A program made the translations under genes and the position numbers. From Amoeboaphelidium protococcarum X5 (Eukaryota; Fungi; Aphelidiomycota): DNA of 64,000 bases. The notes beneath the pieces are model-generated. The model did not search any database. It saw only the letters and a list, made by a program, of their open reading frames with translations, and was not told the DNA's origin. Of the stretch, positions 12,567 through 27,166 are shown piece after piece; position 1 is the stretch's first letter; each line of letters starts with the position of its first letter. The stretch spans positions 1 to 64,000 of the forward strand of contig JALDTO010000300.1 in NCBI GenBank assembly GCA_023515725.1. The letters are read 5' to 3'.

Positions 12567-14244
12567 ATGCCTAATTCGATGAACGTTTAGTAAGATTTCC
12601 TTCTACAAGAGTGATCAATAATCTGACGGTGATTGAGAGCATGTAGAACTAACAACAACAACAATAATAAGAGTAAGATCAGCAATAGTCCCACTTCAAT
12701 CGTTGTATTCGGAGCCTCTGGAGATTTGGCAAAGAGTAAGTTCAGTATTTTTATTATCGCTATCTAATACAGTCATCTATTAATTATAAAGTGTAGAAAA
12801 GACGTATCCTGCTCTGTTCAAGCTGTATAAGAATCACTACCTGCCGTAAAAGTTCTTAATCATTGGCTACGCCCGTTCTAAGTTGGATATTGAAGACTTT
12901 CGCACTCGAGTCACTGAGAAGATTAAGACCAGCTCTGATGAAGACAAGGCTCTGTTGAAGAAGTTTAGATCTGCTCTAGAATATCACCATGGTGGGTATG
13001 ATGAGTCTAAATCATTCAAGGATCTGTAAAAGAGAATTGAGCAGTTTGAGAAGGATAGTGGTTGTACTGACAAGAGCGAGGGTAATAAGCCTTGCAGAAT
13101 CTACTACCTTGCACTACCACCTTCTCAGTTCTACCCTGTGAGTAAAGAGTTGAAGGAGAATGTGTACAGTGATCAGGTGGTGAATCGTTTGATTGTGGAG
13201 AAGCCTTTTGGACGTGATTTGGAATCTTCTAATAAACTAGCCTCTCAGCTGGGACCTCTATTTACCGAGGCTGAGATCTTTAGAATTGATCATTATCTCG
13301 GTAAGGAGATGGTGAAGAACTTGTTGGTGCTAAAATTTGCCAACGTGTTCTTTAGCGGTGTATGGAATCGCCATTACATTGACAATGTGCAGATTACATT
13401 TAAAGAGACTTTTGGTAGTGAGGGACGCGGTGGATACTTTGATGAGTATGGTATCATCCGTGATGTGATATAGAATCATCTCCTGCAGGTACTCAGTGTT
13501 GTCGCTATGGGACGCCCCGTTGATCTGAATGGAGAGTCTATTCGTGATGAGAAGGTGCGTGTGCTCAAGTCTATACCTCCCATCAGAATTGAAGATTGCG
13601 TTCTGGGTCAGTATGTAAAGAGTGCGGATGGTACTAAGCCTGGGTACTAAGATGATAAGACTGTCCCTGATGGCTCTAAATGTCCAACATACGCCGCAGT
13701 TGTAATGTATGTGCAGAATGACACGTGGGCCGATGTTCCATTTATTGTTAAAGCTGGCAAGGCTCTAAATGAGACCAAGAGTGAAGTTCGCATCCAATTC
13801 TCTGATGTTCCCGGCTCCCTGTTTCCCAACATCAGTCGTAATGAACTGGTGATTCGTGTGCAGCCTAATGAAGCCATTTACATGAAGATGATGAACAAGA
13901 AGCCCGGCCTGGGAATGGAGACTACGATCAGTGAGTTGGATCTATCTTATGATGTCAGATATAGTGAGGCACAGATTCCAGATGCTTATGAGTCTCTAAT
14001 TCTCGATGTTTTGAATGGTGAGAAGACGAATTTTGTACGTGATGATGAGTTGGAGGCTGCATGGAAGATTTTCACGCCACTGCTGCACAAGATTGAAAAG
14101 TCTGGCATTGAACCGAAAAAGTATGAATATGGTAGTCGTGGTCCAGAGGGTGTTGATGAATTTGTGAAGAAGTACGGCTTTGTTCGTCACCAGCAAGAAT
14201 ACCAGTGGTCACCTGTAACTGCCTAATAGAAGAACAAGTTATGA
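12567..14244 (+). CDS. G6PD: Glucose-6-phosphate 1-dehydrogenase, 3 exons (introns 12590-12646, 12736-12796)
   Basis: [57 protein letters not shown] (Q=TAG 13471), IPDAYESL; ends AQQKNKL-TGA. First exon less certain. Confidence 0.97.
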
Positions 14245-15131
14245 GACAATCATTTACTGAAGCAATCTTGAAAATGAGTAGCAATATAAGAAATTTATGA
14301 AATTCGTACTATTTTATGCTGTTCATAACGTTTAGTTTAATTTAGTTCTTTTACTACAGATGGGTACTTTCTAACTATAGTGTTAATAAAAGAGAGGTGA
14401 AACGCGTCGTTCATCATAAAGTAAAGTAAAGATCACAAGATGATGATGGATGATCTGAAATTGTGAGTGTGTGAGTCACCGTTAAGGGGCCAACATCTAC
14501 GGTAAAGAGAAACGCTTAGTGAGTGTGAGAGAACGGAGAGATGAAACGAAATCTAGCCCAATCGGCTGCCACATGACTTTCGGCTCAATTACCGACGACA
14601 GAAGAGAAGAGTGGAGAGGCGGAGAATGAAAATAAAATGCGGCAATCACACAACGTTGACATGTGGCAATAGAAAGGGTGAATCTGAAATATGAAAAGAC
14701 CAACGCGCCCACCAGACTTTAATTTAAACACACTCAAGAAGAAGGCCTGATGGGTAAAGAAAATAACTAAATAAACATATTTTCCATCTTACAAAAATAG
14801 TAATAATAGTTAAATGACTGAGAGCAAGAAGTACAAAGAGAGGAGAAGGAAATGAGTGAAATGCGAAACGCCTCATCGCCCGCTCGTTCCGCCCGTCAGT
14901 TTCTTTAACTCATTTCACATTTCACAGTTCTCTCTCTCTCGTTCGCTCTCTCTTTCATTTCGTTCTTTAGTTTGCTAAACAACAACGACAACAACAACAA
15001 GTGCAGCAACAACAACAGCTTCCTTCATTCTATCTAATTAAGTGTGAATTTGTCTGTAAAGTTACACTGACTAGTATACATTTCCGTTGTTATTATAATA
15101 ATAGTAAAAAGGCTGATAAAATTAAGTTGAA

Positions 15132-15996
15132 ATGGCATCTCGTGAAGACAGTATATACATGGCCAAGTTGGCTGAATAGGCTGAGCGTTTTGATGGTAAG
15201 ATTTCCCCCTCTCTACTATTATGTTTATATTTACATCGCTCTGTTTTATAAGAATGTTCACTTTTTGGTGAACTCTCTTTTTCCCAAGTGTTTATGTGTA
15301 GAAATGGTTGGATTCATGAAGGAGATTGCAAAGTCTGGCCAAGAGTTGACTGTGGAGGAGCGCAACCTGCTCTCTGTGGCATACAAGAATGTTATCGGTG
15401 CTCGCCGTGCCTCCTGGCGTATTGTCTCCTCAATCGAGTAGAAGGAGGAGAGCAAGGGCAATGCTAGCCATGTCGAGAAGATCAAGGGCTACCGTACAAA
15501 GGTTGAGAAGGAGCTGAGTGATGTGTGTAATGACATTCTGAAAGTGCTGGACGACCACCTGATCCCGGGCGCACAGAGCGGTGAGAGCAAGGTGTTCTAC
15601 TACAAGATGAAGGGTGACTACCACAGATACTTGGCTGAATTTGCTACCGGTGACCTGCGCAAGGATTCTTCAGAAAAGGCACACCAGGCATACAAGGCTG
15701 CCACTGAGATTGCCACCACCGAACTGGCTCCTACTCACCCAATCCGTCTTGGTCTTGCGCTGAACTACTCAGTGTTCAACTACGAGATCTTGAACTCACC
15801 TGAGCGTGCGTGCCAGTTGGCCAAGCAGGCTTTCGATGACGCTATTGCCGAGTTGGATACTCTGAACGAGGAGTCTTACAAGGATTCCACGTTGATCATG
15901 CAGCTGCTGCGTGACAATCTGACTCTGTGGACCAGCGACCTGCAGGATGAGGGTGAGAAGGCTGAAGATAAGCCTGCTGCTGGCGCTGCTGAATGA
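15132..15996 (+). CDS. 14-3-3 protein, 2 exons (intron 15196-15301)
   Basis: [80 protein letters not shown]. Confidence 0.98.
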
Positions 15997-16273
15997 TTGT
16001 TATTCTGAAGTAGTAGTGGTAGTTGTAGCGGTAGTAGTAATAATAGTAGTAATTAGTGCAGTGGGATTGAATTTGGGCTATCGCTGAGGCTGAATGAAAT
16101 AGTAATAAAACCATCTTTGGTTAACTCTTAATGTTCTTATTATTTTACCCTTTAATTTTTGTAATCTTCAATGTACTTTAATACGTAATAATATAATATT
16201 ATAAACTCTAAATTGAGAGAACTTCTTAGTCTTTAATTGTTTTTGCGTTGAGATTTTACCAACAACTTTCGGA

Positions 16274-16923
16274 ATGAGTTTGGACGTTGCTTGTGTTGGC
16301 ATTGTGGGGCCAAAGGTTAGATAATCATCATTATATTACTTTTATTTCATAGTGTTATACATTGCGATACTGAAGTGTAGAATAATCCGCTGTATGTAAA
16401 GAATTATGCTGATGGTGTCCGCGACATTACTATGCATTATATTGTGCACACTGTCCTGGACATGATTGAAGACAAACGTATGTGCGTCATTTTATCGCTT
16501 ATCCGCCTATATATCTTTAATGGTAAATATTAAATATGTTATGAAATGCTTGTAGTGCAAGTTGGAGGCAATGTGAAGAATAGCGAGCTTTATATGGGAC
16601 TTTTATATGCACTTGAAGAGTATAACGTGTATGGTCAAGTATCAAACACCAAAGTGAAGTTTATCGTTATCATTCACGCTGGCGACAATCTACCCAAAGA
16701 TGCCGATATAAAAGCTGTAATATTTTATATGCTTCAGTTGAGGATATAATTTATCATTAATTCTTATCTTTGTGATTAAATGTAGTTGCTGCGTAATATT
16801 AATATTGCCTATTAGGCGTTAACTTTTAATCCGTTCTATGAAGATGTGCAGGAGAATGGTCGGATGATCGACAGCAGATCATTTGATGATGCGCTTCAGC
16901 GAATAGTGACAAGATTAAGATGA
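16274..16923 (+). CDS. TRAPPC2L: TRAPP subunit 2-like (sedlin family), 4 exons (introns 16316-16380, 16478-16555, 16717-16785)
   Basis: VACVGIVGPKNNPLY, HYIVHTVLDMIEDK, LYMGLLYALEEYNVYGQVSNTKVKFI, FNPFY...IDSRSFD. Confidence 0.9.
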
Positions 16924-16968
16924 TCAAATTGTTTATTAGTAGCATTTATTTCTTAATAATTTTATTAA

Positions 16969-19900
16969 TCATTTCAAATCATCATTATCAAACGATGTGG
17001 ATAGCCTAACATCAGGATCCACGTTGTAAAGGGGACTTAGCAGAGGAACTGTCTCAGACACGCGCCTATTATTAATGTCCAAACTCTGACTATTATTATT
17101 TGTGGCGGCAGGTGGAATCATTGCTTAATCCAAATTATTGGTTGATCTATAGTTTCCACCATTTCTTGATGCAGAATTATTATTATTATTACTATTCTTA
17201 CCATTGCTGTTACTAGTAGTAGTAGCAGGAGTACCTAGCATGAATTGAGATACTGGGCGGAGAGGAGTACTCCTTTTGAAAGACTCTTCAATCTCCAGAC
17301 TTCTCAGATTACCCCACTGGTCAGCACGGTTATGATGCACGGGAGTACTTGGAGATGTAATATCAATCATTTGATCTGCAGTCTGCATGGTCATCTTCTG
17401 ATCAGCTGTGGTAGTAGTTGGCTGCATGGAGATGACATCCGCAAAGATTTCACCGAATAGCTTCTTCAACACACCGCCAATCTTCTCCAATTCGACAATT
17501 ACGTCTTCCATCGCCAGCTAGTACGCGTAATAGTTGATAAACTTCCTGGTAATCAGCTGCTCGTCTGCATTGGATTCACCTAGTGGTAGAGTTTTATCAT
17601 CATCATCGTCATCAGATGAAGAGGTAGAAGAGCCCTATGAAGACATTGATGACTTGCGAGCACCGATAAGCGCCTTCAACTGCTCCATCAGACGACGCCT
17701 GGCCTAGCGAGCTGGAGGCAAGAATGTGGGTAGTGGCTGCTTCAGCAATAGACATCCACCAAACAAGTAGAATAGTAACAGAACCTATCCAACCATTTCC
17801 TTTCTATAAGGATGTAGTTACTGTAATAGCTGCATAGAATCTACTTCAGCCTATTATTAATTAGGATGAAATGCTCCCGACTACGATGGTGCAAAGCCGA
17901 GGATTAAATCATCCTGTAACAATGTTCCTCCCCTGGATCTACTACGAGAGTGCTACCTTTTCTCATTAGCCTGATGATCAGACTCTACAGGTGACTATAA
18001 TATATCCTGCCTGACTTCTTCTCCCATAATATCGACATTATTAGCGATTGCAACTCTCATGGCCACAAACTTATCCAGTATGTTCTAGCAACAGGTCAAC
18101 AGATCCTTATAAATTTACACCGGAAAAGGACCTTTAAGACGAGGCTCTAATCTGGTGAGTGGCAGCAAATTATTCAACTGAACTAATTCATTATGCAGAC
18201 GCAACTCGAAGGCCATAAAGTACTAAAGAGTATCATCTGTGGAAAGCATGTCAAATCTGGCGTAATAATAACGATGAATAGTGTCGGCGCGAATACCATC
18301 AATAAATTTACTCGTATCCTCCTACTCAGAATTGTAATTAAACACCTCCACCAGTCTACTGTACAGCAGGCCCATACTAATAAGGAGATTACTAGCTCCC
18401 TTTCTCAACTCAACGCGAGCCTCATACGGCCACACGTACCAACTCACTATCAGACCAACGATAATACCCACGATGACCATGAGAGATCTCATGTATGCCA
18501 ATTGAATGATTGAGTAATCCCATCCTGGATTATCAACATTGCCCACATCTGCAAGTAGAATGGCACAAAGAGCAACCAGAGTCACTTGGCCTACTCGAGG
18601 ATATTTGGAATACAGATTTACGTAGAAGCACGGCACAGCAAATATAGACACCAACGCACCGAGGCCAAATGAATTATGACTAACTGCCAACCACACAGCT
18701 ATTGAATACAAAGCACCGATAATAGTACCCAAAATCCTATAAAGACCAGAACTGTTGGTGCCACCACTGGTAGGAGATAGAACAACCAGAAACGATAAGA
18801 TGGACCAAGAACCGCGATACAGCTTGAAAGTCTCCGCAGTAGAAGGTAGGAAAGCGAATATGCTCATCAATACGATTACTACGGCAGATTTAAAAGCAAA
18901 TTTTATCGTGTGACTCTAACCAATATTGGACAAGATTCTCCAAAACATTAAACGATACCTGACCATCCATAGTTTATCTGTAGACACTTTATTAACGGTA
19001 GTCGGAGCCTTGACGTATTATGAATTTTGCGATTAAACATATGCAACATAGTCAACTTCGTCATCAACTGATGATATCTGTTCCAATTCCTAGATACTAT
19101 CACGATCACTTTGAGTCTCCTATTCACATAATTACTAAATGTCATTACCCACTATGGCCTACTTTACTCCACTGATATCGCCATGTATCACATCAATCAA
19201 ACTGGCAAGACCTTTGACAAACTCAACCATACAGAACGCGTAGAAATAGACCAAAAATGCTTCATCACGCAGAGAGGATGCAGAGTTAGATGAATATAAT
19301 TTCATGAGAGACTTAGTCTGGACCGCATTGAAATTGGCCAACTGATTGACACATTTAATCTTGAGAGCTTACAGAATTCGCAATTTCTCAACCTTAGATA
19401 TTGACGCGGTCCATTGCTACTAATCCTGCAGAATAATAAAGCACTGATACAGAATCTCCTACGACAATTACAGAAGAGAGCGAAGTCCAGAGGCAACACT
19501 CTAGATGTACATGAGCATCACCTCTACTCGTTTACTATCGCGATTAGTCTCTTTCAAAGCATCTAGCCACGTCTGCATCTTCTTCACTGAACTGTGCATT
19601 CCACCAACGTGCTAGTTTAATGATTAGAAAACATGAGTAAGGCCTCCAACTGTATGACAAAATTCAAATCTAGCTTCATCGATGGAAGTTGCGAGTTTAT
19701 CCACGAACGATTCCAAATTATCAAGCTAAGACTCTACTCCGTCAATAGAGGCTGTATCCACCAACAGGAACTAGTCTGTTAATTGTTACAACAAACATTA
19801 TAGCTAGTACAAAATCTGATGAATATTCTTCTAGTAAACGCGCCCAGAAAATTACGGATATATCAGCAGAGAGCAGAGCGGAGACAGCAAAGCACCAGCG

Positions 19901-20343
19901 AGAAGTGGAATAAAAGCCCGGTTACTCAAAGTCTAAGTGAAGCCATAGATGATGAGAAACTGAGTGACAATCGTGCTGCTGTACACGGACGCGCGTGAAT
20001 ATCGAGCCTTCAGAAACGAGAGGATGAAACCGCTCACAAAGAGCAGAGAGAGACGCGTGAGCCAACCGTCATGACCAACAGCAGTCGGAACATACAATAG
20101 TAGAAAAGCAAGTGATATTCCGAATAGAGTATACAGTGTTGATTCTAGCATCATACCAACAGATTTCACGGGATTATTAAACAGCACAGCCAGGGATACG
20201 AAGTGTGATTGAAATCCTAGCCATGTTTGTAACGCGGGCACCAGTGTGAATAACGTGGATATCACAAATGTAACAGTCGCCTTAAATACACCAATAATTA
20301 TTTAATCCCTCCTTGATTATACAATGGGTGTTGGTATCTGCAT
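16969..20343 (-). CDS. FUSC/aromatic-acid-exporter family multi-pass membrane protein, ~1124 aa
   Basis: Two TM clusters. The second has IKFAFKSAV...RGSWSILSFLVVLSPTSGGT..SGLYRILGTIIGA...VSWYVWPYEARVELRKG; PRLKGPFPV motif; single frame to TGA 16969. Confidence 0.85.
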
Positions 20344-20750
20344 TTTTCTTATAATTACACCACTTATTTATCCCAAATCAGCAAATTAAAATGATCTGAT
20401 CACAATCAAGTTTAATAAATGAACAATTGAACTGAGTCTTTGTTCAGCCAATCACTTGCCTGACCAAAGTTGTGATCAAAAATCAATTCGCGTTTCACCA
20501 AAAGCGTTTCGGAACTTTCTTCGAAACGCCAATATCAGCAGCGCGATTATATCCCTTTTCGGTAAGTTAATTGATGTAGCTTTAGCTGTAATATACTCTT
20601 CAGTTTTGAAATTGAAATTTTATAAGTATGCTGAGTAAGAATTCAGCGAGGTCATATTTGATCATTGCTTTATCGCTCTTTTTTCTCTATCAATCACACC
20701 CTGTCATTATTGTCAAATTCTATAAATTGAGTATCAACAATATTTGTGCG

Positions 20751-22403
20751 ATGAAAACGAGCTTTAAGTAGTTATAAGATTCTTAATAATTGGAATCCGA
20801 TGAGCATTTGAGATAATTTAGAGGAAATATCATTGCATTAAATTCATCCGGGAAATATCTTTTTGTAGCTGTTGGTAATGCCATCAGTGTTTACCTTGTT
20901 GGTGATAAAAAAGTTTATTCAGACACTATGATTAAATTTGAGCATCCTTAAGCTGTAGATGCACCAGCATTAAGTGCCACTGATAGATCTCCAGCGCCTA
21001 TAAACGCGCTCAGAATTGGATATTTGGGCAGTCAAGAGATTCTGGTGGCTGTTGATGATGCCGGCTTGGTGATGGTGTACAATCTCTATCCAGAAGCTCC
21101 GATCGAGGAAGTGTTTAGAATTAAGGGAACAAAGTCGACACTGAGTGGAATGAGATCGCCATTGATTTTGAAGAATGATATATCAACGTGGTCTATTGCT
21201 CTGAATAGGTAGAGGCGACATATAGCTGTTGGTGCTAACAATCACAAGATTAGGATATGGAAACTATCTGTAGAGGAAGCCGTGGATTAATCTGACAGGG
21301 ATCATTTTGATATTGATGCTCATGATCACAATATTCCAACGTTGGACTACTCTTCGTGTGGAAGGTTCCTCGTCAGTGGCTCAGTAGATGGAAGTGTCAG
21401 AATTTGGGATGCCTGCAATGACTATAAAATGGTAGGGAACATATCTTTACGCGATGCTCTTTATTAAAATGTGGAATCTGATCAAACGGAAGAAACTGAT
21501 AGTTATGTGTGGGGAGTGCGATGTTTAGATTTTGACAATGTGCCGTCCATAGCGCCTAATTCACACGTTGATGAGGAAGAAATACGAAAACACACTAGAG
21601 ATAGGCCTTCTAGAGTAAAGCAGATTGTATACTAGTACTATAAAATGGCATTGCGTCTTATTTAGGAAACAAGCGATTCAATTGATTAGATAATGCATCA
21701 TTTTGGTGATCATTATGACAGTAAGGTGAATGAGGTGAAGAGTTATGATTAGATATTTGGCGTAGATGATGCACTTGAGAGATAATAATCTTCGGTGTAT
21801 TGTCCATTATCTTCTGACTACAAAGAACGAAACCTTCTCATTATGGTCAGTCTGAAGAATGCTATTGCATTGATCACATTTGACTCACAGGAAGGGTGCT
21901 TGTAATTACACAGAATTGTGAATAACGCGCTCAGTAGTTGCCGTAAAAGTGTTTTGGGATTGGAAGTGGAACATTCGGATGACACTAATGCTGAAGTTGA
22001 TCCAGAAGTTGCGGATCTTATCGCTGAAGAGTTAGAAAGTGAAGATTTTTTTGATAGAATTGATTTTGTTGCATAGACTCTAAAGTATGATCGAATATTC
22101 TTCAGTGAAATGCTGAGTGGTAGTGATGGTGTTGTAGCTATTGGAGGGAATTGCGGTGCGATGGCTTTGTACCAGTTAGTACATAGATCTGATCCTGAAT
22201 CTGGCGATGATCAGTTTATATTTTTTCAATTGGAATCCTTGCCGAAAGGCTTACCTGAAGCAGAATTTATGTCTGGTGCTTGCCTATCTCAAATGAACGT
22301 TGATGTGGATTTCAAAAAAGTTAAATGGAATTTGATCACGATAAATCACCGACTTAGTGCATCAATGTATGAGATATACCAAGTGGTTAATAAGGAAAAA
22401 TGA
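20751..22403 (+). CDS. WD40-repeat protein, Crt10-like
   Basis: PINALRIGYLGSQEILVAVDDAG, STWSIAL..RHIAVGANNHKIRIW, AHDHNIPTLDYS..LVSGSVDGSVRIWD resemble fungal Crt10 N-terminal motifs; 550 aa. Confidence 0.7.
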
Positions 22404-22528
22404 ATGAATGCTCGGTTGTAAATATTAGTAAATTCTGCATACTACCATTATATTTCCATTCTTACACTTTCACTTTAGTATCGCAATGCCACAAAATCAC
22501 ACCGAGCATACGCCTGACGAGATAGAAT

Positions 22529-25500
22529 TCACTAAAAGTTCCTCAACACCTCAGCCAGTCTCTTCAAACCGACAATCCAATTCGTACCTTCAGATGCATG
22601 ACCAGTTAATAGCGCCTACTGGACAGCCAGAGCATCCGTCCACTTTTTCGCGTCCACAGCAGCAACGTAATCCATCAGCAATTTCACAGTGGACTCTCCA
22701 ACTGCGGAGTTGTTCAATTTATCATACAGTGAGTTGAGTCTCTTCTCCGTATCGTCCAAAATCTTCTTCTAAGCTGGAGATGCTAGAGGTTTACATGCGG
22801 CCAAAGCCTTTGACAACTTCTCAAAGATAGGTCTATGTTCTGGTGGAATGTGAGATCTATCACCAACGGGATACTGTCCAGAGCCACCTTATCCAACAGA
22901 TCTACCAGACTAAGGTAAAGAGCCTGCAGCACTCGATCCACTAGTTTTCCTGATTGCCTCATGATGCTACTGACTGCCATATGATCTCACAGGCTCCTAC
23001 TGACTATATGGTCTCTACTACTATTGTTGACTAGGAACAAACTAAGGCTGCATTTATTACTATTAAAACTACTATTATGGTGGATTCTACTACTACTAAA
23101 ACTACTACTACTACTATTGATTCTATCGACCGGCAGATAAAGGAGCAGGTGCTGGGACTCCCTTAGGAGGAGGTACAACAGACTTTTAGGGAATCTACTG
23201 AATAGGAGGCGATACCTGAGTCTAATTATATTGACCCATGATCGGAACTCCATTATCAAAAGATGTTCTACCAGCCGGGGCAACAGGAGCATAGTTACTA
23301 GCATTACTTTACCTAGCAGGATTGGCAGGCGGCTTGGATCTAAAGATATCAGATGGAGGGTCGTTGAATCCACCAGATTTCTATGCCGATGGAGGAACGA
23401 CAGGAGGAACATTACCTGACTGCTATCCAGACTATCCTGGCAATTGCTGGTTGTTAACCCCATATGGAGATGTAGGCTAATTCATCACCGGATTAGGAGC
23501 GGGAACAAAAGATGCAGGTGGCTTATACGCCGGTTGTTATTACTGTTATTGTTACTACTACTACTACGGAGGCTATCCATATTGTGCACCTGATCCATAT
23601 CCATACTGGCCATACTACTGCCCGCTACTTGCTTGTCCATATCCATATCCACTACTTGCCGGCTGTTAAAAACCGCCAGCAGATGGCTACTACCCATACG
23701 GAGTCTACTGCTACATTGATTATTAAGGTGGATATCCATAACCTCCATTTTGCTATTACTACTACTGTGGCTACTAGTAAGATCCGAACGCCTAACTAGA
23801 AGTCTTAGACGGACCTTGGGGCATCGTCTTTGCAGGCGCTGCTCTGGATGAACTTCTTCCATTCAAATCATTAAACGCCTGTTCATCCTGGGAATTGATA
23901 GTCTTTACCATATCAATTACATTGAATGGTGGTGGTGACTATTAATTCAAATTCAGCGCCGCCAGCACTCGATGATGAAATTGGTCATAATTGAATCCAG
24001 GCAGAGACTCGCTCTTGACCATATCCAGCATCTATTGTGCACTTGCCAACTTACCAGCAGATAAGAGGCAGTTAACGTAATCGACAACAATTCTCAACAA
24101 CTTTGGATTGTCCAATACATTCTACTGCTCACCAGCGATATAATTCACACACCAAATCTTTTGCATTAGGCCAACCAGAGTAGATGAATATTTCAAATTA
24201 CAATTTCTGGCAATCTTCAGGCTCTACATCTGCTTCACCACTCCACCAAGAGTCTTCAAAAACTGGTCTATCCAGATATTCTGCAACTAATCCACGCTAT
24301 TTCCAAGCACCAAGAATATCTCCAAGGCCATTAATAAATCACCTTGAACATTACCACCTGGTCCGGAAGTATTCTTAATCCTGGAAGCAAATTGACTAGC
24401 TAAATATCTAAACTGTTCCCCCTCAGTAAATGAGCATAACACGCACAGAGTCTCTTTCCAATCGGCAACATCCTACTGCTAAATAAACTCCTCCAGAGTC
24501 TAATTGGTAACATTCTTCAACAGACGCAAAGTCTTCTTCTATGTAACACCCTTCGGATTAATCTGAAAATCTTCTTTTAGCTAGAAATATCCGCTCTTGG
24601 CCATATTGAATATCTCTCCACCAGCCACTGCACCAATGAATAGAGCATCGTCAACTCTTTTCAAAGCCAAGCATAATACAACTGCAGAGTGGAAATCGGC
24701 CATAAGAATACATTTATATAATAACAGTTCTGCCTCCTTCACCTCCATGCCATTAGGAAGGTCATACATCACAACTTCTGCCTTCTATTACGGCTGGAGA
24801 GGAGATTTTGGGGACTGGACAGGTGCCTAAGTCTAAGCCTAAATATCAAATTCACCATCATCTTCCTATGCAACTCCACCAAATAGTGCATTATTACTAT
24901 TATCCTCATCGCCATCTTGACCAATTTGCTGCTACTAATATGATAATTACAACTACTACTACTGCATTGGGGATGAAGGTTATGACTAATGCTTCTCATT
25001 AGTAGCCGGAGAGTGATTTCCATTAGCCACCACAGAAGACTTCTACTTCACCACACATTAGCGCACCTTTTACGCAATTTCATCTCGATTAAATGCAAAC
25101 TATTGTATAAGCTGAATTCGCGCATCATCACCAGAGATTATACGAAGTAGATTCCACAGATATGGGTCTTGGTTCTGCTTCAACTTGATCTATGCCAACT
25201 GCAACACTTCTTCGTTAGACTACAGGGACATAATGGCATCAATCTGAGACTGTAGCTCTGGCAGAGCGGTCGCCTGTCTTAAACTAACAACTGCACCCCC
25301 TTTAGGTGATTTCTTGCTAAAAGTCAAAATTCTATTTCCAAAACCAAAAGATACTCCACACGGTCTCTTCATCCACTTGGGTGCCTACTTTAACGTAAAG
25401 GACTACTACTACATGGCGTGATTCTGCTCCACCTAGGCAAAAGGATCACTCACGGACAACTGTTCAATAGGAATATCCTCTTCACTTCCCTTGGCTTGCA

Positions 25501-26574
25501 GAGAGTACACGGAAATGCATCCATCAAATGAGGCAGTACTCACCAAGTCTGGATTCTTAGGTGACCACTGCACCTCGAAAGCCCAATTTCTGCTAGATGG
25601 AAACTCACCAATCACCTCACCAGAGTGTGGATTCCAGCACAATGTTCTGCAATCTTTACCGCAAGATACCAGCAGATCGGAATCCTTGTTACACCAGGCG
25701 ATACTCAACACACCTTTAGTGTGACCGGATAATGTCTTCATAGGCGCATGTGCATTTCTCAGATCCCACAAGTAGATGGATGGATTAATATCATCATCAG
25801 AGGCGGTCATAATCTAGGTGGCCTCATCCGGGTTCCAAGCGATGCTGGTAAAGGCTCTCTTGGTAGGGTTAGCCAGATGCAACAACTCTCTCCTACTCTT
25901 CAGATCCCAAATAACCGCATTGCCATTACTCGATGCAGAACCCAAAATATGAGCCACCTTCTTGTTCCATGCCAGACAACTCAAATCTTCCAAGCGCTAC
26001 GATCTCTGACCAGGATTATACGGCTTCTCGGGATGAGCCAAGTCCCAAATGAAAATTTCACCTTATGATGCACCTGTTGCCAGCAAGTTAACCTAGAACG
26101 GATTAAAGTCTAGCGCTTTCACTGAGCCTTGATGAGCTTGCTTTCTCAACAACAGCGCATTATCCTTCTTCTAGATCATTGCAGCCGGATTCCACAGGTC
26201 AATAGATCCATCTTCAAGTCCACCAGCAATTATACCGAGTGAGCGGCCTTCAGCGACAGACGCAGTCCAGGCAAGTTTGTTAAATCTACACACTGAGGCA
26301 ACAATTAATAATTATAATGATGATGATGCATGAGAGGACCATTAAAACAAAATCTATAATCCTACCTAGCTGGAGCAGATACTTTCGCAAGTGGGTCAGC
26401 GGCAATAGATTCAGACTTGAAGTTTAATTCAAACAATTCCAGGTCGGTCTAACTGCTAAATGTAGCGTCCATGGCACCACTCACACTACCAGTGCACATC
26501 AGTCCTGCGCCGGACTTTGGCGACAGTGGACACCATGCATACGTTGCCGTTCTTTCAATTTCTTTAACTTTCAT
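22529..26574 (-). CDS. SEC31: COPII outer-coat protein Sec31, 2 exons (intron 26286-26365)
   Basis: MKVKEIERTATYAW, WD40 repeats (HQGSVKALDFNPFQ, LWDLRNAHAP), APKWMKRPCGVSFGFG, Pro/Gln-rich linker, C-terminal DDTEKRLNSLYDKL...WIVGLKRL. Confidence 0.96.
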
Positions 26575-27166
26575 ATTCCAAAGAGTATTTTCAAGTGCTA
26601 TATATGTATACTCGATTCTACTATACTATGATTGATGATTCCAATAGCGCTGAAGAGAGTTGATTCGAGCGTTCGCGCAAGAAGAATGAATTTGAGCGAC
26701 GAAACGAATCAGTCCGATGCTTACTGGGATGCTCAGAACGTACATTGTATATCTCGGTGGCGAGCGCTCTGCTTAAATACGCTTTATTTTTAGTGGATTC
26801 ATATTAAGATTGACTTGGATGTGATCCTGCCAGATATTTCAATCGCATCTCTGATAAAGATTATATCAACAGGATTTATCACTTTGAAATGAGGAGCGAA
26901 AGTGGCGACAATTGTCACTGCTCCATCAGATTGCAATTATTATTCCCTCAACAAGATTACTTCAATCAATAAAATACATAGAGATAGACTCAGCGAATGA
27001 AAGCCTGTAAGTGATAAGAATGTTTAAAGAATGACGCGTTTATAATCTTGATTTAGGTGATATTACACATAGTATTTCCAAGCGATAGAAGAAGCCGAGT
27101 TGCAGTAAAATAACATTTATTTAATCAAATATGCAAACAGAATAGAACGTGCCGTCTTTTTCAAGA

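Noticed and set aside
16011-16053. TAG/TAA triplet run after 14-3-3, as a polyQ extension or readthrough
   Set aside because: It is out of frame, and a second in-frame TGA follows the stop within four codons; a 3'-UTR microsatellite.
26810-27015. Short open stretch between Sec31 and the Atg1-like kinase
   Set aside because: No convincing start or homology signal; long TGA-free stretches are expected by chance with a single stop codon.
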